Of a stretch of DNA of 64,000 bases, positions 54,102 through 64,000 are shown in pieces; position 1 is the stretch's first letter, and each line of letters opens with the position of its first letter. Location of the stretch: positions 172,112,001 through 172,176,000 of the forward strand of contig OX597817.1 of assembly GCA_951406725.2 (NCBI GenBank). Direction: 5' to 3'. This stretch comes from Octopus vulgaris (lineage: Eukaryota). The position numbers and the translations under genes are program-made. A model generated the notes under the pieces. It worked only from the letters and a program-made list of their open reading frames with translations, ran no database searches and was not told the origin of the DNA.

Positions 54102-55808
54102 ATATATAAATCTATACATCCATATATGACCTACAGACATTTGATCGAAAACATTTGATTGAAAATTCACTGAACAAGATAAAAATTTTTGGTTCATATA
54201 TTGAAATCAACAATTAATCAAATTATAAGAAATTATTTAAATAATTTCATTTCTAAATTTTATATTCTCACGTCTTGTTAAATATTTAATAACAATGTTT
54301 AAAAATAAAATAATCTACAATAATATCGGTTTTCGGGTAAATATTGTATAAAGCTCATAAAATTATTTCCAGAATACAGTAAATAAATAGTGGAGCATAA
54401 CATGAATGTATGTGCCTTTATTTTATAAATTTGTTCAACTGCGAAATCCTTCGTATATAAAACACATTGGCATCGTTTTAAATATTCTCTTACTAAAGAT
54501 GTTGAACCAGCAATGATAAGCACCATAAGCGGCATTAACATGAACTAAAAGGATTTTTAAACAGTAAATATGGCACATACATGCAGTTGCACTAAAAAGT
54601 TTTAATTTTAAAAATTATTGTAGCTAAACGTAACCTTTACCGTAAACAATTCATTTTAATACATTAGCATTTTCGATTAATTGTTGATACAAGCAATTAT
54701 TATGTCCACCAATTTCATTTCTTTCCTTTTTTTTTTTTTGCTGTTCAACTATTTTCGATAAATTGAAATTGTGTGCGTGCGTGCGTGTGTGCTTATGTAT
54801 ATATGTATGCTTACACATATTAACACATACAATTATATACAGATTATACAAATGAATGCACTTATGTATGTAAATAGAAACTAACGCTGCACTAAACCAC
54901 CTCAGACTTCTATGAAAAATTTCTTAAAAGTTCGATATTTAACTATTAATTTTTATTTTCATTTTGAACTGCTATGAATTCCGATAAAGTTGTTTAAGCA
55001 TTAATGAAAATCGTCATTGGATCAAGTGAAGTATATTAGACATTTCTGGAGGAGAAATCCACACAGCACTCCGATCAGAATTAAATCCACTCTCAAGTTT
55101 CTTTGAAGATCACCCAAGAAGTTGTTTACCAAGAACTATTTCTTTGGATGTGTCTGTTCTTCAATAAGTCACATCTATACATATATCAATAAAATGTATG
55201 TAGATGGATGATAACTGGCCCTTGAAATTCTTCTATATACACATCGCTAAGAATTTAAAAACCAATATTATAGTGACACATGACAGAATGTTATTTAAGG
55301 TCATCGTAAATATAAACCGGTAATCTTTTCCAACACTGTACGGTTTAAGTAATATGGAGAAAAACTGCGTTCAGTTAATACAAAACAATGCCACAATAAG
55401 CATGTCCGTTGTCTGCTTTGAACAGTTTTTATAACTTGAGTTTTTTCCTGGGGTGAGGCCGCTAACCTGCATCCAAACCACTGCTGCTGAAGTCTACAAA
55501 ATATAGTGTTAGTCGGCTTTAGTTACGGACACCTGCTCGTTGGTTATCTTGGGATTCCTCTGCCCTGGCTGCGGCTCCTTCACTGCATCTCTTGTATGGT
55601 GTAGCTCCTAAGGTCATCCAAGCCACTGAGCGAAGCAACACAAGTTCAAAGTGCTACATAAGAAGAGAATATTGACAGTGACTGGTTTGAAGTCGTCATC
55701 AGCGACCGACAGGGTGCTTGTTATCGCCAATTCTTTTCATACTGGTCCTTAATTGGGTCCTGCAGAAAGCTACCCAAGGTCAAGGGTTTTAGCTGTGAGA
55801 CCACCGCT

Positions 55809-56010
55809 ATTCTTTTATTCTTTTATTTGTTTCAGTGTTTGACTGCAGCCATGCTGGAGCACCGCCTTTTAGTCGAGAAAATCTACCCCAGGACTTATTC
55901 TTTGTAAGTCTAGTACTTATTCTAACGGTCTCTCTTACCGAACCGCTAAGTGACGGAAACGTAAACACACCAGCATCGGTTGTCAAGCGATGTTGGGGGG
56001 AAAAACACAG

Positions 56011-56080
<70 letters not shown>

Positions 56081-56242
56081 GACAGACTTCTTTCAGTTTC
56101 CGTCTACCAAATCCACTCACAAGGATTTGGTCGGCCCGATGCTATAGTAGAAGATACTTGCCCAAGGTGCCTCGCAGTGGGATTCAGCCTGGAACCATGT
56201 GATTAGTAAGCAAGCTTCTAACCACACCTCTACTCCTGCGCC
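55809..56242 (-). mobile_element. SINE family A, full length
   Basis: Family A body. Confidence 0.9.
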
Positions 56243-56333
56243 TATCATCACTTTCCTCTCTCTCTTCCTTTTGCATTTATGTCTCTATCTTCATGTGTTT
56301 TCCATTCTCTATCTCTCTCTTTTTCCCTATTCC

Positions 56334-56375
<42 letters not shown>

Positions 56376-57883
56376 AGTAAGTGAGAGACAGACAGACAGA
56401 CAAAAAGAATAGTAAGAAGAGGGGGTGAAGCAAAGAGAAAGAAGGAAAAATATCGAAATATTAGAGGCACTGAAGGAGGGAGAAAAACGGAGTTTATTCA
56501 CCTACACATATAATAAGAGTGAACATTTTAAAACTCTCTTTCAAGTATTGAGTTCTTTTTACACGTCCTTGTATGTATCCATACAGAAAGACATTTTTCT
56601 GATACATGTAGGTTTCTTTATACATGTGGATTACATTATTTCAAAGGGGTTACACACATTTTCAGTCTACCCAGTTTTCCTCACAAGGGCTGGGATCAGT
56701 CAGATACCATGGTAGAAGGCATTGTGCGGTAAACAGAACAGAGCGTCTAGTTAGTTACGAAGTCGACTTCTCAGTCATTCAAACATGTCTGTATCTTCAG
56801 CGACAAAGTAATCCTGGTAGAGAGTACATCGAGCAGTTGCTGTTCATAAATTTGAGAGATACCACGAATTAAACTGAAGTCTTCTATCTTTAAATTACAT
56901 ACAGCTGTGTTCTGGTATAATCCGGATTGGCATTATTCTCGAAAGCCTATTTTACACATCGGTTTGGTTTCATTTTTCAAAAGCATATGTGAAGTCTCTG
57001 ATCGTTCAAATTTAAGGTTGAAATCCTTATCACATGCAGTTTAGTCCGATTAATCGATTTTCTTTTTCTCCTCGCTACATGAAATCCCTTTTTCTCAACC
57101 TTTCTTTCGTTTAGATGCTCGTCTTTCTCTAGTATCGAATGGACACAAGCCGAGAAACACATAAACACATACACGCCAACAATAATTTCCTGTAGAAAAG
57201 AATTAAAATAGTTAGAAAGAGAAAATAAAACGTTCTTAAAATTGTTATAGACACAACTCTCTTATTTTTATTTCCAAACAAATTAAATTACCAGCACGTT
57301 GGTGAAACATAACTTCGTTAAACTAACCACCAAACATGGCGCATGTATAAAATTTCACTGCTTAAATCAATCCACACACACACTTTCAAAATATTAATCT
57401 GTGTGTGACTTCCTAATCTAGAACTATACGTATTTTAGCTTTTATTATTTTTTGCTTTTTATCCGATAGTTAAATATATTTGATACTTCCATGTCGTGTC
57501 TTGCTTTCTCGTATTCTTTAGTTGATAAGAGATTTTCTTGCCCAAATAAATAAATAAATAAACAAATAATAGTATTTCCAATATAAATATCCAATGCGAA
57601 AGTTCAAAATTGTCAATAATTCTTCCAGTAGTTCTTGGTTGAATCAATATTTTTATATGATATCAAATATATTTGTCCCTAAATCTTATGGTCTTTTATG
57701 GAAATTTACATTGTGTTGACGTCATAAGAATTTAGAAACTTCAAGAACGTGAAACAATCCTTTTTAGGAACAATGAATCTCGAAGCTAAGAAAACTGTGA
57801 AAAATAGCCTTGGAAGGCTTCGTCTTTGTCTATCCAAAGTGTTTTTAATCCAGTACCTCCATGCTATTACTAAAGCCTTGTTT

Positions 57884-58320
57884 AAGGCGGCGAGCTGGCA
57901 GAATCGTTATCACGCTGGGCAAAATGCTGCGCGGCATTCCGTCCGTCCTTACGTTCTGAGGTCAAATTCTGCCGAGGTCGACTTTGCTTTTCAGCCTTTC
58001 GGGGTCGATGAAATAAGTACCAGTTAAGTCGATGTAATCGACTAGCCATCTCCCCAAAATTTCAGGCCTTGTACCAATAGTAGAAAGGATTATTAAAGCC
58101 TTGTTTAAGGCGATTAGCTGGCAGAGTCGTTAGCACTCGAGGCAAAATGCTTAGCGGTGTCTCGCCCGTCCTTACGTTCTGAATTCAAATTCCGCCGAGG
58201 TTTATTTTGCTTTTCATCCTTTCGGGGTCGATAAAATAAGTACTTGTTGATCTCTGGGGTCGATGTAAGCGACTTATCCCCTCCCCTGAAATTGCTAGCC
58301 TTGTGCTAAACTCTGAAACA
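57884..58320 (+). mobile_element. Two tandem SINE family C copies
   Basis: AAGGCG..GAGCTGGCAGA heads at 57884 and 58107; core CTTTCATCCTTTCGGGGTCGATAAAATAAGTAC (Deu/Nin-domain-like); TAAAGCCTTGTTT duplicated around the first copy. Confidence 0.87.
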
Positions 58321-58849
58321 TAAATAGTATTGACAACGACTTCCAAGTTTTGACCTGTCAATACTCTACAAAAAGTATTGAATATCCTTCAGGTTTTATC
58401 ATAACTTGACATGAAAACATATCTTTCTCTTGGACATTTGGGTAACTGATGGAGTACGGCAACGTAGAATAAAGTGAGATGCTTTCAGTTGATTTGAACT
58501 CGTGCCTAATGAGTTCTGGTCCAAACTTTATTTACTCGGGCAATTCATATAAAATTCGGTTTAATATAATTATAATCTCCAACAGTTTTTGAGGCTGAAG
58601 GCTAAATATGAGATGAAATTGTATCATTAGTAAGATTAGGAAGTCACACACAGATTAATATTTTGAAATGAATTGACTTTCAGATATATGGAAAATTGAT
58701 CGTAAACTAGTTTTCTCTCTGTCGCTCAGTACTCAAACAAATATAGTATCATGGTTTCTTTTAACCAGGCTAAAAGAAAACATTTAAACAAAGAAATATT
58801 AAAAATGCAAGTCTCCCTGGACATTACCGTTTCGAATTCTAAGATTTAT

Positions 58850-59031
58850 AAGACCGGTTACCCGGCATACAAGTGACTGTGATCACAATATTCCTCCTGA
58901 TCGAGACACCAGTTCGTAACAGGATTACGCATTTACAGCTGAGTGAGTAAGAGCAATGTGAAGTGAAATGTTTTGTCCAAGAACACAACGCACCACCCAG
59001 TCCACTCAAACCAACAGACCACGCGCCTTCA
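58850..59031 (-). mobile_element. Diverged SINE B-related copy
   Basis: rc head GAAGGCGCGTGG; GCGTTGTGTTCTTG; CACTCAGCTGTAAATG. Confidence 0.65.
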
Positions 59032-59327
59032 CCAAAGAAATATTAGAGAAATAAAAACGATACGTTGTGACATTAAAACCTTCCCTAAGTGCTTTAACTT
59101 ATGTGTAAACGAATGGTAAGAAAGGGGAATTGACAGGGGAAATGAATACAGTGAAGGCTCTACTAAAAACGAAGAAAAAACATAGTAAACAAACATTAAA
59201 ACAGCATAAATGTAATTTGGAGCCATAAAGTTTTGTGATAAAACGAAGACGATCTAGAACTTGATAATACTTACTAACTGTTACTTTGTCTTTACATAAA
59301 CCCTTTTCATTTCAGTATTATAGTGAG

Positions 59328-59790
59328 AAGGCGTGGGTTTGCTTCCCAGCCCCGCGGTTTTAGGTTCGCATCGCGGCCACTTGGGGAGGTGCTTTCTGCT
59401 ATAGTCCCGGGCTGACCAAAGCCTTGTGAGTGGGTTTGGTGGACAGAAACTGAAAGACGACCGCTGTGTGTATGTATGTATGTATGTATGTATGTATGTA
59501 TGTATGTATGTATGTATGTATTTGTGTTGTGTTTGTCCCCCACCACAACTTGACAACCGATGTTGTTTTGCTTACATCCCCGTAACTTAGCGGTTCGGCA
59601 AAAGAGGCCTATAGAATAAAAAAGACACAACAAAAAGCAGATGGCTGTGTGGTAAGTAGCTTGCTTATCGACCACATGGTTCCGGGTTAAGACCCACTGC
59701 GTGGCATCTTGGGTGTCTTCTACTATAGCCTCGGGCTGATGAAAGCCTTGTGAGTGGATTTGGTAGACGGAAACTGAAAGAATCCCGTCG

Positions 59791-59849
<59 letters not shown>

Positions 59850-60345
59850 GTGTGTGTGTGTGTGTGTGTGTTTGTCTCCCAACATCGCTTGACAACTGAT
59901 GCTGGTTTGTTTACGTCCCCTTCACTTAGCGGTTCGGCAAGAGAGACCGATAGGATTTGGTAGACGGAAACTGAAACAAGATCGTCGTATATATGTGTGT
60001 GTGTGTGTGTGTGTGTGCTTATGTTTGTGTGTCTGTGTTTCCCCCACCACCACCATCATCGCCTGACAACCGATGTCGGTGTGTTTATGTCCCCGTAACT
60101 TAGCGGTTCGACAAAAAGGACTGTTAAAATAAGTTCTAGGCTTACAAAGAATAAGTCCTGGGGTCGATTTGCTCGACTAAAGGCGGTGCTCCAGCATGGC
60201 CGCAATCAAATGACTGAAACAAATAAAAGAATAAAAGAATAAAAGACTAAAAAAATAAGCACTACTAGAGTCGACTTAGTCGACAAAGACCTCAAAGGTG
60301 GTGCTGCAGCATGACCACAGTCCAACGACTCAAACAAGTAAAAGA
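59328..60345 (+). mobile_element. Head-to-tail cluster of about four SINE family A copies/fragments
   Basis: Segments start ~59328, 59640, 59952, 60270. Confidence 0.85.
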
Positions 60346-60480
60346 TTAGAAACAAAACATCCTAAGAATAGTTTCTAAGTCTTTGCTGAGCTGATTCATA
60401 TCGATTAGGATGAAAGAAAAATTTCCCATGTTGAACTCGAACCCAGATCGAGTATTATAAAAGACTAAAATATTGCAATA

Positions 60481-60626
60481 TATTAGGTTGTCCCAAAAGT
60501 TCGTAAACACTTGCGAAAATTGAATTTTTACTCGGCCAAGTACTAACAAAAACAACAAAAATTATTCCATAAAATAAAGACCATTATTTTCCAAGACTTT
60601 CTACGAACTTTTGGGACAACCTTATA
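60481..60626. mobile_element. ~145-bp mariner-type MITE
   Basis: TATTAGGTTGTCCCAAAAGTTCGTA / TACGAACTTTTGGGACAACCTTATA, TA ends. Confidence 0.88.
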
Positions 60627-61249
60627 TTTAGTGCGACACTCGATCACGTTTATCATTCCTCTAATCAAGGACGTTCGAAGCGATTACACAGTTACCCCTG
60701 AGTTAATAGGACGTTCGCACTTCTGTAACACTTGTCCGCTTGGAGTAAGTTTAACCAGATTGAAATTGCGCGGTGTATTTGCCATCTATTCTGTGTTTAT
60801 TTGTTAACTTATTTTTTGTTGTTGTCATTGGTGTTTAGATCCAGGTCAGACCTAATTGACAGACTCATTAGTCTTTAATTCAAACATAATAATAAATCTA
60901 TGCCCCGATGTATCTGTACTTACAAGGACAACATTTCTCATGTAAAGGATTCAAGGGACCCCTTTGAAGAGCTTCCATAAAGATAGTGCTGAGGATCTAT
61001 GAGCTGTAAAAAATTACCTCCCTACATATTTATGTGTGCAGACTTCCTCCCAGCTGTTTTTTTCTATAATCAGAATATGGAACCAAGAATGAATGGGGAA
61101 TCTATTTTACAATTAAAAGTGCCTTCTGTTGAACCTGAATTTCAGAAAACCGCATCAACGAAGCAACTTTAAACTTTTCGTTAAACAAGATATATTTTTA
61201 ATACTGTCATTTATATAATTATATATTCACTTAAATATATTTTGTTGTG

Positions 61250-61640
61250 TCTTGAGAGAGCCATTACGCCAATATTAAAATACACACAGGTTCAATTCCA
61301 CTTCTTTATTGTTAGTCAATAGTTGAAATATCTGACCAATTCACCAATCGATCATTTGTGATGGTTAAACAATCGATTGGGTGTTTATTAGCCAAAGTTC
61401 TTGCGTCGCTGTTCGCGACCTTTTCTCTGACAGACTCAGAGCAGACATTGGAGCGAGAATAGAAGTCACTAAGTCCCTGAAAAGATCGCAAACAGCGGTG
61501 AAAGAACTGATTGTTTAACCAACACATTAAACAAATGATTGATAAATTAGCTGGGTAGATATTTAATCAATTGACTAACAATAAAGAAGGGGGATTGAAC
61601 CTGTGCGTGTGTTATTATTGTTGGCGTAATGACTCTTCCA
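61250..61640. repeat. Old diverged palindrome (arms ~61250-61425 / 61480-61640)
   Basis: CTTCTTTATTGTTAGTCAAT / ATTGACTAACAATAAAGAAG, CATTACGCCAA / TTGGCGTAATG, GGTTAAACAATC / GATTGTTTAACC. Confidence 0.8.
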
Positions 61641-62250
61641 AAACTCACGAATTCACATCAAGAATCTTGCAAACCAAATACAAAAACCTACATATATATC
61701 TGGTTAATAACATCTACCTGTTGAGTAGATAGGAATTTCAGAATCTTGGGGTTCGTAAGAAAATGTATTTAAATAGAAGGTCCTTAGTAGTGAAAATGTT
61801 AGAAACTATTGTAGTAGATTAAAAGATTTAAAGAGTATATCACTGCTATTTCTAGTGAGTTGAGTGATCACAAAGTGCAGGTGGCAAACTTCTTCAAAAA
61901 GCTGGCCGCATGAGACATAGTTCATTCTCGGACGGGACGAAAAAATTCAAGGTAATTTTTCGTTAGGTGTGCCATTCAAAAATTCCCGCTGGCTGAAGGT
62001 TGTCTATGACTGGAATAGAGACATCCTCGTAGGTATGTTGTGTTAGTTCTAAACAGATATGAGGAGTAACGACAGAATAAATAACTTCATAGTTGAATGC
62101 AACATTACCAACGGAAGAAAAAAACAAAACAAAACGAAAAACATTAAATATGGACATAATCTTCTTTTGTACCAGATAAGAATTATGGGACCAGGATAAG
62201 AAATAACTTGTAGTTACTTGTATTAATTTTTGTGTTCTTGTAATTGTTTT

Positions 62251-62636
62251 GGTGGAGGCGCAATGGCCCAGTGGTTAGGGCAGCGGACTCGCGGTCATAG
62301 GATCGCGGTTTCGATTCCCAGACCGGGCGTTGTGAGTGTTTATTGAGCGAAAACACCTAAGGCTCCACGCGGCTCCGGCAGGGGATAATGGTGATCCCTG
62401 CTGTACTCTTTCACCACAACTTTCTCTCACTCTTACTTCCTGTTTCTGTTGTACCTGTATTTCAAAGGGCCGGCCTTGTCACTCTCTGTGTCACGCTGAA
62501 TATCCCCGAGAACTACGTTAAGGGTACACGTGTCTGTGGAGTGCTCAGCCACTTACACGTTAATTTCACGAGCAGGCTGTTCCGTTGATTCGGATCAACC
62601 GGAACCCTCGTCGTCGTAACCGACGGAGTGCTTCCA
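62251..62636 (+). mobile_element. SINE family B, full length with 12-bp TSD
   Basis: Box A TGGCCCAGTGG, box B GTTTCGATTCC; TGTAATTGTTTT at 62239-62250 and 62637-62648. Confidence 0.93.
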
Positions 62637-63143
62637 TGTAATTGTTTTTGCTGTTTTATCTTTTATTTAAGTATTTATCTGTTTATTTACTGTTTTCAGG
62701 AGAAAGAAGGTTATTCATGTTGGCATTAGTTCGATTTTTCAAAAAAAAAATATTCTGCTGTCAATGCTTTGGATAATTGTGAGTAGAACATTTTTAACAA
62801 GAAAGATATTGGTTTTTCGATCCGACGCATTGTCGCAGCTTCTTGTTGTATTTTATGTCTCAGTTGTTTGCTGTCGTTGCTGCTGCTGCTGCTGTGGATA
62901 TTGCTGTTGTCGTCGTTGTTGTGGCTGTTTGTTGATGTTGTTGTTTAATGACAGTTATCTCCTCCGAATCAATAAAAGCGAAAATGCTGAAGATGTGTCC
63001 ATTGCAAGAACGGACTGGCTTACTGAATAGTTCAAGTAATAAGAATCGATAAAGCATAACTGAACATTCTTGTCATATTCAAGGCTACCGTAGATTTATA
63101 GATTTGCTTTCGCTTCTTCAGAAATTCAACCATGAATTATATA

Positions 63144-63515
63144 AGGCGCGAGCGTGACTTAGTAACCACGTGGTTTTCAGTTCAGTCCTACAGCACAGTA
63201 CCTCCTACTATAACTCAGTACCGACCAATGCCATATTAGTGAATTTGGTGGACAGAAACTGTGTGGAAGTCCGTTATGTGTGTGTGTATTCTTTTATTCT
63301 TTTACTTGTTTCACTCATTTGATTGCGGCCATGCTAGAGCACCGCCTTAAAGGGATTTTTAGTCGAAGAAATCGATCCCAGGACTTATTCTTTGTAAGCC
63401 TAATACTTATTCTATCGGTATCCTTTGCCGAACAGCTATGTTACTGGGACGTAAACACACAAACATCGGTTGTCAAGCGATGGTGTGGGACATATAAAGA
63501 TACAAAGACACACAA

Positions 63516-63553
<38 letters not shown>

Positions 63554-63880
63554 GACGGGTTTCTTTCAGTTTCTATCTATCAAATCCACTCATAAGGTTT
63601 TGGTCGGCCCGAGGCTATAGAAGATACTTGCAACCTTTTTACCACACAGCCACGCGTGTATGTGTGTTTATGCGTGTCTTTTGTTACTCCCACCTCGCGA
63701 ATCCGTTTGATAACCGGTGTTACTTTGTTTACGTCCCCATAATCTAATAGTCCAGAAAAAGCGAAGGATAAAAGTATTAGACTTACAAGTTAATTTTGAA
63801 ATCGATTTGTTCGACAAAAAACCCTTCAAGGCGGGACCCATGCATGGCATCACCACAATGATTAAAACGAAAGCTAAAAG
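63144..63880. mobile_element. Old SINE A (+) interrupted at its internal TG tract by a younger SINE A (-, ~63290-63655)
   Basis: Head 63144-63275, tail 63700-63880, opposite-strand copy between. Confidence 0.75.
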
Positions 63881-63884
63881 GCGC

Positions 63885-63938
<54 letters not shown>

Positions 63939-64000
63939 GTGTGTGCATACACAATGAAAACAGTGTTTGACGAAGATGGCTTAATGCTTTAATGGAAAGA

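Noticed and set aside
55430-55805. Possible RTE LINE 5' UTR fragment on the minus strand
   Set aside because: Resemblance from memory only, no ORF evidence
56600-56880. Possible host exon in unique sequence (also acceptor-like sites at ~34268 and ~62699)
   Set aside because: No convincing open frame, donor/acceptor pair or recognisable protein motif

Overview
Eukaryotic, AT-rich, repeat-saturated intronic/intergenic DNA. The SINE families and microsatellite load suggest an octopus/coleoid genome (inference). No host protein-coding exon can be supported; most ORFs in the track are microsatellite translations. Contents: three tRNA-derived SINE families (about 30 copies/fragments), one near-intact CR1-clade ORF2, one full-length but disrupted CR1-like LINE, LINE 3' fragments, Tc1/mariner relics and MITEs, two non-autonomous Helitrons, a 1.9-kb Merlin-like foldback element, and two Penelope-like (PLE) coding relics. 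Main signal: a dense set of non-coding elements, mostly inserted in (TA)n, that carry minimal type-I hammerhead ribozyme motifs with palindromic helix III. There are at least 6 unrelated families. Several are head-to-head palindromes with arms from 27 bp to 1.2 kb, and several have variant catalytic cores. Second signal: a LINE ORF1 that reconstructs as Myb/SANT-like domain + polyQ + two CCCH zinc fingers, sitting in a multi-level nested insertion. Coordinates of degenerate repeats are approximate and all folds were read by eye.
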